Source: an uncultured Anaerolineales bacterium (GTDB lineage Bacteria > Chloroflexota > Anaerolineae > Anaerolineales > UBA11858). From it: a stretch of 64,000 bases of DNA. The DNA is taken from the NCBI GenBank assembly GCA_964560795.1, contig CAZLNX010000001.1, forward strand, positions 227 to 64,226. Reading direction: 5' to 3'. Shown in pieces: positions 37,050 through 45,880 of the stretch. The position numbers were made by a program, and so were the translations under genes. A model generated the notes under the pieces. It had not been told where the DNA came from, did not search any database, and saw only the letters and a list, made by a program, of their open reading frames with translations. Every line of letters starts with the position of its first letter. Position 1 is the stretch's first letter.

Positions 37050-38426
37050 TCAACCTAATACATGATCTTCCGGAACGAGCTTTTCATAACGCTCCCAAAA
37101 AGAGGGGACAATCTCCCGGGACCTGGCCTTGATTTCATCTTCATCTAGGGTGGTTAAGATGCGATCTTTCATCAAAACCTGGCCGTTGACAATCGTGGTG
37201 GTGATCATGGATTCGTTGAAGCCAAAGACAAAGTGTCCAGCCAAGTTTTCGACCGTCATCGGCGTTGTCGGTTTGTAATCGACAAAAATCAGATCCGCTA
37301 AAGCCCCTGGCTCGATGACACCCACCCGGCCATCAGGGAAATAGGCTGAAGCCAGGGCAGCGTTGTTGTGTATCGCCATCTGCAGTAATTGATCGCCGGG
37401 CAAACGCCGGCTGTCGCGGTGTTTGATCTTCTGCAAGAGATAAGCAGCTTCTGCTTCGCGCCACATGGTATTCGTCAGGCCATCATTTCCCAGGCAAACG
37501 GGTATACCAGCCCGTAAATAGGATTCGACTTCGGCAATACCGTCAGCGGCATTCTGATTATTGCGCGGCTGATGGCTGACCCAAGAATTGCTCTCGGCAA
37601 TTAGCTGCACTTCGCGTGCATCCAGGTGAATGGCATGGGCCAGAATGGATTTATCCCCAAGAATACCGTGCTTCAGCAAACGATCCACAGAGCGTATCCC
37701 GGACATAGCCTGGCTGCGGACCTGGTCATATTCGTGTTCTGCCACATGCAGGTGGAATCCAGTTCCCTCGGGCACAGCCTCCCGGCAGGCAGCCAGGGTT
37801 TCTTCGGAAACCGTCATGGGCGCGTGAATGCCAAAATTGGCTGCCACACGTCCCTCAGAAATCTGATCCTGGTTGCAGCGGCGCACGAAACGGGCATTCT
37901 CAGCAATTCCAGCCTTGGCGCGTTCGGGGCCATCGCGGTCGGTGACTTCAAAACACAACACTGAGCGCAGTCCGGATTCGTCCATCGCTTCGGCAATCAC
38001 ATCCAAAACACCATCGATAAAGTTGGGGGAAGAATGATGATCGAACAAGGTGGTTGTACCGTGCTTGATAGCATCAATGGCTCCCACCAACGCGGAATAG
38101 CGCACATCTTCCTCGCTGAGCGCTTTATCAAAGGGCCACCATAACTTATGTAAGATAGTGGGCAACGTAATCGGCGCGTCACCCGGAACCGATATTCCGA
38201 CCGCGAATGCACTGTAATAATGACCATGAGCGTTGATATTTCCGGGCATCACATATTGGCCGCGGGCGTCCATCCATTCTTCACCCGAATATCGTTTGGC
38301 CAATTCCGTAGAGGGACCAATTTCAGTGATCATTCCATTGCGAATAAACACAGCCTGATTCTCTATAATCTGGTTAGGGGTTCCCCAGGTGATCAAGTGT
38401 GCATTCGTAATTAACATAACTATCAA
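37050..38426 (-). CDS. ssnA: amidohydrolase, SsnA-like putative aminohydrolase
   Basis: 458 aa. Blocks PGNINAHGHYYSAF, LWWPFDKALSEEDV, KHGTTTLFDHHSSP, CFEVTDRDG and HLHVAEHEYD follow the E. coli SsnA pattern as I recall it. Confidence 0.7.
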   Translation of the reverse strand: MIVMLITNAHLITWGTPNQIIENQAVFIRNGMITEIGPSTELAKRYSGEEWMDARGQYVMPGNINAHGHYYSAFAVGISVPGDAPITLPTILHKLWWPFDKALSEEDVRYSALVGAIDAIKHGTTTLFDHHSSPNFIDGVLDVIAEAMDESGLRSVLCFEVTDRDGPERAKAGIAENARFVRRCNQDQISEGRVAANFGIHAPMTVSEETLAACREAVPEGTGFHLHVAEHEYDQVRSQAMSGIRSVDRLLKHGILGDKSILAHAIHLDAREVQLIAESNSWVSHQPRNNQNAADGIAEVESYLRAGIPVCLGNDGLTNTMWREAEAAYLLQKIKHRDSRRLPGDQLLQMAIHNNAALASAYFPDGRVGVIEPGALADLIFVDYKPTTPMTVENLAGHFVFGFNESMITTTIVNGQVLMKDRILTTLDEDEIKARSREIVPSFWERYEKLVPEDHVLG

Positions 38427-38439
38427 TCCTTTAAAGCCA

Positions 38440-39606
38440 CTAAACTTCTATCTGGCTCAATCGTTGGGCAATGCCCATGAATCCACTCACTGAACGCACC
38501 AGTTCAGGGATTTCAATATATTCATCGGTTACGTGAGCCACAAGGACAGAACCTGGCCCAAAAACAATTGTGGGGATACCCCGCTCTCCAGCACTGCCAG
38601 ACCCATTGGTGCAATAAGGTGTGCCATAGGTGATCGGGGGGATACCCGCCCCTTCTAAACCTTCCAGGCTGAGCCTGACCCAATCCGAATCAGGCTCTAC
38701 GGCCCAGGCGGGGTGGAAATCTTTTCGTGTAATGTGTACCCCCGTATAGCAATCAAACGAGAGCTCATCATAGTCAACATCCCAGCCTGTAAGATCATCG
38801 AGAGCCTTGCGATGGATCTCAAGCACTGTTTCGCGTGTCTCACCACGCACCATACGCCGATCAAAAATGACCTGGCACTCATAGGGTATAGTCGAGAAGC
38901 TCGGGTTTGGTTTGGAACTAATATGGATGGGTTCCATCACGCTGCGCCCCAATAGAGGATCTTCAACAAGGGGGATCTGGCGCACCCGGCGAATTACTTC
39001 AACAGCTTTCTCGATGGCATTCTCGCCGACTTCAGGTGAGGAGCTGTGGGCGGATTTCCCTTTGACAGAAAAGATCACCCGGCAGCGACCTTTGTGGCCA
39101 ATCCCAAGGCGACAGTCGGTCGGCTCTCCAATCACAACGCCATCGGGTTGGACGGCATCTAAGACACTTTCTAAAGCAGCACCTTCCAGAAGCTCTTCCC
39201 CAACTGTGCCCACTGCGTAAACTTCACCTGAGAATGAGTCGCGCTGCAAAGCCGCCAAAGCGATTGTAAAAGCAGCCAAGCTGCCCCGATCATCTGTTGA
39301 TCCGCGCCCCCAGAGCTTTCCATCAACGACTTCACCCCCAAAGGGATCATGAACCCAGGCATCTCGGTCACCCACCTCGACAGTATCCATATGGGCATCG
39401 AAGACAAGTTTGGGACCAGGTTTACTCCCCACGCGCCGGCCAATTACATTGCCAACTTCATCACGCCAGACATCATCGAAGCCCAAGGCGCGCATCTTGT
39501 TAAGGGCAACGTCAGCTACGGCTTCCAAATCGCCAGCCAGGCCGGGTGCCCGCACCAATTCCTGTAAGTATTCAACAACTTCGTTTTCGATGTCCATAGT
39601 AGGCAT
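38440..39606 (-). CDS. M20-family metallohydrolase (ArgE/DapE/YgeY-like)
   Basis: Blocks FDAHMDTV, GRGSTDDRG and GEE, plus a dimerisation-domain layout. Start trimmed to ATG 39606 (MPTMDIEN), after the upstream stop at 39612. Confidence 0.8.
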   Translation of the reverse strand: MPTMDIENEVVEYLQELVRAPGLAGDLEAVADVALNKMRALGFDDVWRDEVGNVIGRRVGSKPGPKLVFDAHMDTVEVGDRDAWVHDPFGGEVVDGKLWGRGSTDDRGSLAAFTIALAALQRDSFSGEVYAVGTVGEELLEGAALESVLDAVQPDGVVIGEPTDCRLGIGHKGRCRVIFSVKGKSAHSSSPEVGENAIEKAVEVIRRVRQIPLVEDPLLGRSVMEPIHISSKPNPSFSTIPYECQVIFDRRMVRGETRETVLEIHRKALDDLTGWDVDYDELSFDCYTGVHITRKDFHPAWAVEPDSDWVRLSLEGLEGAGIPPITYGTPYCTNGSGSAGERGIPTIVFGPGSVLVAHVTDEYIEIPELVRSVSGFMGIAQRLSQIEV

Positions 39607-39611
39607 AAAAT

Positions 39612-40631
39612 CTAAACGCCATCGGCAAAGGCATCGATGACGTCTCTGATATTGCCGCGCAGAGGATACAAAATCGGGCAAGTGACTCCAGCATCGATAT
39701 ACTCTTTGACCTTAGCGCGGCAATCTGCGGCAGTACCAACAGCCATGATGTCACGCACAATCTCCTCGGGGATCACGGCGCTGGCGCGCTCGTAATCTTC
39801 CTCGGTGGCGGGCCAGCCCATCAGGGCTTTGGCCTTGTCAGCGATCTCTTCGCTAACGCCGCTGGCCTTCATGATATGGGGCTCTGTGGCGAAATAGTAG
39901 GCGGCCAACTTTTTACCCGAGTGCAGGGCGGCATCCGGGTCTTCATCGGACATAGAGACCACCATCAATTCGGGCAGGTCGACATCTTTGATCGTCTTGC
40001 CCGCTTTCTGCGCACCTTTCTCCACCAGGGCAATGGCGCGTTTGACATAGTCAACGGAGACGCCGTAATTCAGGCAAACTCCATCACAAATCTCTCCAGC
40101 CAACTCAAGCATTTTCGGGCCGGTAGCGCCCAAGTAAATAGGAATATCGCGGGGTGACGTATCCCCATAAACCACATCCAGGCTGACGTTTTCCAGGTTG
40201 ACGAATTCGCCCTGATAGGTGATGGTCTCCATAGTCAGCAACTGACGCACAGCTTCGATATTTTCACGCATAGCCTTGAGAGGTTTGCTCATCTTCACAC
40301 CAACCCGGCTGGCGATAGGCTCCCACCAGGCACCCAGACCGAGCATCACCCGGCCACGGCCATCCACCTTGCCACCCAGTTCCCACATGGTGCTGAAACT
40401 GGCTGCAATCACTGCCGGATTCCGGGTCCAGATGGGCAATACACCTGACGCTACACGAAGGCGTTTGGTATGCGTAAGGAAAGCGCTCATCAAGACAATA
40501 CAATCCCTGGCCAGGCGGTTGTCGCCCTGCCAGATCTCACTGAAACCGCGCTCTTCCATATAGCGCGCCAGTTCTAGCTCTTCACGGATGTCAACCACAT
40601 CCTGCATGTAGATGGCCATTCGGTTAGTCAT
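39612..40631 (-). CDS. luciferase-like (LLM) flavin/F420-dependent oxidoreductase, Mer-like
   Basis: 339 aa TIM-barrel LLM pattern ([35 protein letters not shown]). Confidence 0.75.
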   Translation of the reverse strand: MTNRMAIYMQDVVDIREELELARYMEERGFSEIWQGDNRLARDCIVLMSAFLTHTKRLRVASGVLPIWTRNPAVIAASFSTMWELGGKVDGRGRVMLGLGAWWEPIASRVGVKMSKPLKAMRENIEAVRQLLTMETITYQGEFVNLENVSLDVVYGDTSPRDIPIYLGATGPKMLELAGEICDGVCLNYGVSVDYVKRAIALVEKGAQKAGKTIKDVDLPELMVVSMSDEDPDAALHSGKKLAAYYFATEPHIMKASGVSEEIADKAKALMGWPATEEDYERASAVIPEEIVRDIMAVGTAADCRAKVKEYIDAGVTCPILYPLRGNIRDVIDAFADGV

Positions 40632-40660
40632 AGTTCACTCCAATAAAAAACGCATACCTG

Positions 40661-40754
40661 TCCTTGCGAAGGCGCCTCAGCGATTGAAACAATCTCTTCA
40701 ATCAACGCGGGAGACTGCCATGTCGCACGCTAATTGCGTGCTCATCGCAGTGAC
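40661..40754. repeat. degenerate R3-like palindromic element
   Basis: Contains GCGAAGGCGCCTCAGCGATTG, the hairpin GCACGC-TAATT-GCGTGC and the terminal GCTCATCGCAGTGAC. Resembles the R3 termini but is incomplete. Confidence 0.4.
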
Positions 40755-40758
40755 ATCA

Positions 40759-42150
40759 TCATAATGTCAGGCCCAATAAATCTTCCATCTCCTGGCAGAC
40801 TTCTTCGTACATTGCCTGCCACTCCGCTGTGGGTTGGAGGGACTCGACATCATAGGCTTCGGTGAAATGTTTACCTGCCATGGCGACACCCAGTTTTTGC
40901 GATTCAGCATAGAGAGGGGTCAGCTTCCTTACCAGAGGGTCAGCCTCGGCTCGTGTTAATCCTACGCTAGCACGCCCGACCTGGGCCAGGAATTTAGCTT
41001 CCAGGCCGGTGACATGCCCCTCGATGCGCCCGGCGGCGGATTGGACCCCTTCCAGGATCGAACAACCCGCCGGGACCGTAGCCACAGCCATAGCGGCAGC
41101 CTCATAGAGAAGTTCCTTGGTGACAGGTCCAGCGACCGGGCGCGGAAAGGAGGAAGTCAGCAATTTGGAGTTGCGGCTGATAGCCTGGAAACCCAGCGAC
41201 AAAGCCGGGATCATGGCGGGGAAGGTGCTGCAGCTGAGATGGGCATGGCTGGGACCGGGATTGAAGGTTGTCCCGTTGAGGGTGGCTTTCATCAAAATCA
41301 CACCAGCCACAATCGCAACGGCCAAACCATCTGCACCACCGACATATCCACCATAGATAGTGTTATAGAAATTGTGCGCAAATGCACCGGTATGCTGATA
41401 ATGCATCGCTTTGGTCAACTCGGCATAGGCGACTTTCAACTCAGAGATGAAGGAAGCATGATGCCAATCGGTGAGTCGGAAACCACCGTATGTACACGTA
41501 GCTAACTCGCCGATCTCTGATGGAGAATCTTCTGCACAGCCAATGGGCATCCCAGGGCGGCCAACCAGCTCAAGCACTTCGAAGGAGAGCTGCGCTTCTT
41601 GCCAACAGCCCACGGCTTCCCAGGGAGAGCCGGCTTTGATCGGCCGTCCATGTGTAGTGCTCAGGGTGGCGTTATCGATATAGTCAAGCACCCGCTCCTG
41701 AGCATAGCTGGCCATGATGGGGACAAATAATTCTTCAGGGACTGGGGTTCCATAGGGGCCACCGATGGTGGTTATGGGCGAATCCTGATCAGGAAGGCGA
41801 TGACGGATGGTGACACTATCATCGCCCAAACCGATGGTCTCCTCCTCTGGCGCCGTCGACAAGATCCAATCCAGCTCGTCCTGTGTCCACTTCATCTGGC
41901 GCTTGGTCTCCAGGCAATACACGCCCGTCTCGCGGGCCAGCTCCATTCCCGCTTCGAAAAGACGATCCGCTAAAGCGTCATCAGCGGGCACCATCGTTTC
42001 GGCATCCCATTGGATATCGTACTTCTGAATCAGACCTTTGATCGCCTGATGGATATACTTGAGATCCCAATCTTTCTCTTCCACCACAGGGCCATTTTCT
42101 GCTTTGTCCAGAACGGACAGCATGTATTGATAGGTTTCGCTAAGTTCCAT
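40759..42150 (-). CDS. MttB-superfamily methyltransferase paralog 5 (subfamily B)
   Basis: 463 aa. Blocks KAENGPVVEEKDWD, DDALADRLFEAG, TDWHHASFISELKVAY, TGLEAKFLAQVGRA. Confidence 0.85.
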   Translation of the reverse strand: MELSETYQYMLSVLDKAENGPVVEEKDWDLKYIHQAIKGLIQKYDIQWDAETMVPADDALADRLFEAGMELARETGVYCLETKRQMKWTQDELDWILSTAPEEETIGLGDDSVTIRHRLPDQDSPITTIGGPYGTPVPEELFVPIMASYAQERVLDYIDNATLSTTHGRPIKAGSPWEAVGCWQEAQLSFEVLELVGRPGMPIGCAEDSPSEIGELATCTYGGFRLTDWHHASFISELKVAYAELTKAMHYQHTGAFAHNFYNTIYGGYVGGADGLAVAIVAGVILMKATLNGTTFNPGPSHAHLSCSTFPAMIPALSLGFQAISRNSKLLTSSFPRPVAGPVTKELLYEAAAMAVATVPAGCSILEGVQSAAGRIEGHVTGLEAKFLAQVGRASVGLTRAEADPLVRKLTPLYAESQKLGVAMAGKHFTEAYDVESLQPTAEWQAMYEEVCQEMEDLLGLTL

Positions 42151-42185
42151 GAATATAACTCCTGATATTTTTGTCTTTATTATTT

Positions 42186-42302
42186 ACCGCGAAGACGCCA
42201 AGAGCGCTAAGATTGATCATTAGGGACAGATTCGGTAACGATTTAGTTGATTCTCTTTGCATTCCAAATATTATTTCTTCGCGAGCTTTGCGCCTTGGCG
42301 TT
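42186..42302. repeat. R2 palindromic element, copy d
   Basis: Left arm ACCGCGAAGACGCCAAGAGCGCTAAG (42186-42211). Right arm CTTCGCGAGCTTTGCGCCTTGGCGTT (42277-42302). The core between the arms is 65 nt and variable. Confidence 0.8.
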
Positions 42303-42315
42303 TCAATTACCGCCT

Positions 42316-43563
42316 TTACGCAGGTACCTGGGGAGAGAACTCAGTGCGCAATTCGTTCTGAACCAATATCTCGCCTTCCCGAATTACATACAGCCGCTCG
42401 GGTTTGCGGCGCAGGGCGTCTACGGCCGATGTGGCATTCAGCAAGATTAAATTGGCATCGGCGCCTACATGGACGCCGTAATCCTCCAGGCCGATATTAC
42501 GGGCGGCGTTATAGCGCGGCATATCGAAGGCCACCTGGATCTGATCGGGCGAGGTGAGATGCCCGGCGTGGGCGGCAATATTGGCGACTTCCAGGGGGTC
42601 CATTTGCCCAAAGGGGTAGAACATATTCATCAGGTCATCCTGCCCACAGCAGACGTTGACCCCGGCTTCGATCAGTTCAGCGATGCGCGCAATTCCGCGG
42701 CGCACAGGGATCTCATCAAGGCGTCCCTGCAGCAGCAGGTTGATGGGCGTATTGCTGACCACGGTGATATCGGCTTCTTTGACCTTGTCAATCACCCGGT
42801 TCAGGGTAGCCTTATCCCAGGCGGCCATGGAGGTACAGTGACCGGCGGTCACCCTGCCCTGGTAGCCTTCTTCGGTGGTCTTTTCGGCCAGCAGCTCTAG
42901 CGAGCGCCAATAGGGATCATCGGTCTCGTCTATATGCATATCGATATTGACATCCTTGGCCTTGGCGATCTCAAAGACGATCTCGATCTGCCGGGCGCCG
43001 TCTTCCATATTCTTCTCATGATGAGGAATCCCCCCTACCAACGTGGCACCGTTTTCCATGGCCTGCCACATCAGGTCAACCGATTCAGGATTGCGGGCCA
43101 GACCATGCTGGGGGAAAGCGATCAGTTGCAGGTCAAAAACATGTTTGAATTTCTCGCGAGCCGCGACGACAGCATAAAGTAGATCTAACTTGGCATACTG
43201 GTCGATATCGACATGGTTGCGCATCCACAAGGTGCCGTGGGCGATAGCTTCATGGATGGTCTGCGTGGCCCGTTGCAGGATATCCTCAGGGGTCAAATTG
43301 ACTTTGACCTCCGCATAAATGTCGATGGCCTCGCGCAGGGTGCCGCTCTGATTGAGATTATCTGTATCCCAAATCAGGGAATTTTCGATGTGGAAATGCG
43401 TCTCGATCAAAGCTGGGGAGATCATCGCCCCCTGTGCGTCAATGGATTTCTCCCCGGGTGAAATTTCATCCGAAGAAACCAGGATGATCTTTCCATCCTG
43501 TATGCCCACATGGACAATTTCAAGCGTTTTATCATGGAGTGCATTATGAAGGGTTAAATCCAT
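42316..43563 (-). CDS. amidohydrolase, cytosine deaminase (CodA)-like
   Basis: 415 aa. Blocks IETHFHIEN, GGIPHHE, NIDMHIDETDD, GHCTS. Paralog of 44465..45703. Confidence 0.8.
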   Translation of the reverse strand: MDLTLHNALHDKTLEIVHVGIQDGKIILVSSDEISPGEKSIDAQGAMISPALIETHFHIENSLIWDTDNLNQSGTLREAIDIYAEVKVNLTPEDILQRATQTIHEAIAHGTLWMRNHVDIDQYAKLDLLYAVVAAREKFKHVFDLQLIAFPQHGLARNPESVDLMWQAMENGATLVGGIPHHEKNMEDGARQIEIVFEIAKAKDVNIDMHIDETDDPYWRSLELLAEKTTEEGYQGRVTAGHCTSMAAWDKATLNRVIDKVKEADITVVSNTPINLLLQGRLDEIPVRRGIARIAELIEAGVNVCCGQDDLMNMFYPFGQMDPLEVANIAAHAGHLTSPDQIQVAFDMPRYNAARNIGLEDYGVHVGADANLILLNATSAVDALRRKPERLYVIREGEILVQNELRTEFSPQVPA

Positions 43564-43581
43564 GTAGATACCTTTCGTTTG

Positions 43582-44346
43582 CTATTTCGATCGTCGTGCT
43601 GCCCGCCGGGTAATGTAGAAGCGGAAGTTATCGGTCACAAAATAGATATAGCCTATCCCCAGGATTTCCCCTGTAGCAGCAAAGTACGTTTCTTCCATAT
43701 GGAAAACCGGCTTTCCTGCCGGGATACCCAACTTGCTGGCAATCTCCTCGGTGGCTTCGATGGCAAAAATCTCCGAGCGAGTGTGAGATAGCGGCGGATC
43801 ACGATCGTCAAGAAAATAAATAAATACGGAATCCTGGTATGAAGTCAACTTATCATAAAGTCCTGCGGTACCAATGAAATAATCATCGAAATACATACAG
43901 CGCTTATCATCAATGGCATCGATTGTTTGAATTCGCACCAGGTCCACTCCCTGCTCGACATTCAACATCGCCGCCAGTTCTGGTGTAGCTGCTACTGTAT
44001 CGATCGATTTTTCAACATTGGCGTGTTCCACGCCCGCGGCCTGTGCCAATTCCTGCAGAGGTTCCAAACGCTGCAAGCCGCCGAAAAATCCTGGGCCGGT
44101 TGGGATAGTAACAAAGGTCCCGATGCCCTGCCTGCGGGCAATCAAGCCATGCGATTCCAAATGTCCCAGCGCTTCCCGTAGCGTGGATCTTGAAATGCCT
44201 AACTTCCTGGCCAACTCATCTTCTGGTGGAAGTTGATCACCAGGTTCCAGTTGACCCGTTTCGATCATATTGGTGAGCGCATCGATGGCCTGAACATATA
44301 AAGGCCTGCGATCCCTCAAACCGAGTGAGTTTCCGTTATCGGTCAT
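43582..44346 (-). CDS. GntR-family transcriptional regulator (HutC-like, UTRA effector domain)
   Basis: N-terminal winged helix (LPPEDELARKLGISRSTLREAL) and a C-terminal domain of about 150 aa. Confidence 0.85.
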   Translation of the reverse strand: MTDNGNSLGLRDRRPLYVQAIDALTNMIETGQLEPGDQLPPEDELARKLGISRSTLREALGHLESHGLIARRQGIGTFVTIPTGPGFFGGLQRLEPLQELAQAAGVEHANVEKSIDTVAATPELAAMLNVEQGVDLVRIQTIDAIDDKRCMYFDDYFIGTAGLYDKLTSYQDSVFIYFLDDRDPPLSHTRSEIFAIEATEEIASKLGIPAGKPVFHMEETYFAATGEILGIGYIYFVTDNFRFYITRRAARRSK

Positions 44347-44368
44347 AATTCACCTCTAGTTGTAAGTC

Positions 44369-44382
44369 GTCAAACGTTTGAC
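44369..44382. promoter_or_regulatory. perfect 14-bp palindrome GTCAAACGTTTGAC (candidate GntR operator, site 1)
   Basis: Lies within the 18-mer AGTCGTCAAACGTTTGAC (44365-44382), which is identical to 50854-50871. Sits 22 nt upstream of the GntR start codon. Confidence 0.7.
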
Positions 44383-44388
44383 AATATA

Positions 44389-44417
44389 AAAATATCAGGA
44401 TTCGTACAAAGAGTCAA
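44389..44417 (-). promoter_or_regulatory. candidate promoter P1 (TTGACT-17-TATTTT)
   Basis: Coding strand reads ATTTGACT, 17 nt, TATTTT, 6 nt, then the palindrome. The spacing is the same as at 50878..50906. Confidence 0.55.
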
Positions 44418-44464
44418 ATAATCTGACCCTTATGGGGAGAATTGTCACCTCCAACATGTGACAA

Positions 44465-45703
44465 TCAAGCCCAATGCAGTTTCTGTTCGACCCTATTTTC
44501 CGCTAGGATCCGCCCTCCCCTGACCACGTACCGGCGAGGGGGCTGCAGCCGCAGGGCATCCTGGGCGTTGTCGGCTTCGAAGAGGGTAAAGTCGGCTGGA
44601 TTCCCGATCTCAAGACCGTAATCTGACAATCTCAAAGCTCTCGCTGCCCGCCAGCGCGGCATATCAAAAGCCGTTTGGATTTCATCAGGAGTCGAGAGAT
44701 GGGCTGTCAGCGCCGTGACCAACGCCACCTCGAGCATATCCATGCGCCCAAAGGGGAAGAAGATATTCTTGACATCGTCGAGGCCGCAGGAGACATTGAC
44801 ACCCGTTTCCAACAATTCCTTAACGCGCGTGATACCGCGGCGCACAGGTTGGGCATCGCCGCGCCCCTGCAGGTACAGGTTGATCATCGGATTGGTAACC
44901 ACGGTGATTTCCGCCTCGGCGACCTTCTCGATGACGCGTTTTGCATAATCATCTGGATAGGCTGCCAGGGCACAGCAGTGTCCTGCGATCACCCGCCCCT
45001 GGTAGCCCTCGCGGATGGTGGTCTCAGCCAGCTGTTCCAGGGTTCGGGAGTCGGGATCGTCGGTCTCGTCGATGTGCATGTCGACATCGGCGTCGAACTC
45101 TTTGGCAATTTCGAAGGCGATGTCGATGTGTTCCTGGGCGTCAGCGCGGTTGGCCTCGGCATGGGGCATACCACCGACCACATCTGCACCCTGTCGCATG
45201 GATTCTCGCATCCAGGGCACGCTCTCGGGGTCGCGCACCAGACCCAGCTGCGGAAAGCAGACTATCTGCACATCGACTACACCGGCAAATTTTCCCTTCG
45301 CTTCAACGATGGGATACAGCAGCTTCAAACCAGAAACCGAGTCGACATCGACATGATTACGTATCCAACCGGTGCCATTTACCAACGCTTCGGTCAGCGC
45401 CCGGCAGGCTTTCGTGTAAATTTCTTTTGCGGGTCGGTCATCCTTGATGCGGGCGTTGATCTCGATGGCCTCATCGAGGGTGCCTGAATGATTAACATAT
45501 TCATCGAGATAAGCGCAATCGAGGTGGTGGTGTGGATCGATGAATAGCGGCGAGGCCAGCAATCCCGAGGCCTGGATATCGTTTTCAGGATTTGTCGGGG
45601 CTGGCAGGTCAGGCCCAATGGCCGCGATGACACCTGCCTGGACGCCAATATCCAGCGGTTTGTCGTGGCCTTCAATGAGTACATTGCGAAAGGCAAGATC
45701 CAT
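44465..45703 (-). CDS. amidohydrolase, cytosine deaminase (CodA)-like
   Basis: 412 aa. Blocks IDPHHHLDC, GGMPHAE, DVDMHIDETDD, GHCCA. Confidence 0.8.
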   Translation of the reverse strand: MDLAFRNVLIEGHDKPLDIGVQAGVIAAIGPDLPAPTNPENDIQASGLLASPLFIDPHHHLDCAYLDEYVNHSGTLDEAIEINARIKDDRPAKEIYTKACRALTEALVNGTGWIRNHVDVDSVSGLKLLYPIVEAKGKFAGVVDVQIVCFPQLGLVRDPESVPWMRESMRQGADVVGGMPHAEANRADAQEHIDIAFEIAKEFDADVDMHIDETDDPDSRTLEQLAETTIREGYQGRVIAGHCCALAAYPDDYAKRVIEKVAEAEITVVTNPMINLYLQGRGDAQPVRRGITRVKELLETGVNVSCGLDDVKNIFFPFGRMDMLEVALVTALTAHLSTPDEIQTAFDMPRWRAARALRLSDYGLEIGNPADFTLFEADNAQDALRLQPPRRYVVRGGRILAENRVEQKLHWA

Positions 45704-45753
45704 AGTTATTTGTCACTACAATAAATATCTAGTAACCAAAATGGGCAGATAAA

Positions 45754-45861
45754 ACCGCCAAGACACGAAGTTCGCGAAGACATATCATTTATGTCTGATG
45801 TTGATCTCAACATCAGGAGAATTTATTAAATATCTCTTTGCGCCCTTTGCGCCTTAGCGGT
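45754..45861. repeat. R2 palindromic element, copy e
   Basis: Left arm ACCGCCAAGACACGAAGTTCGCGAAG (45754-45779). Right arm CTTTGCGCCCTTTGCGCCTTAGCGGT (45836-45861). The core contains the hairpin CTGATGTTGA / TCAACATCAG. Confidence 0.8.
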
Positions 45862-45880
45862 AATAATCATATTTTCGAAA

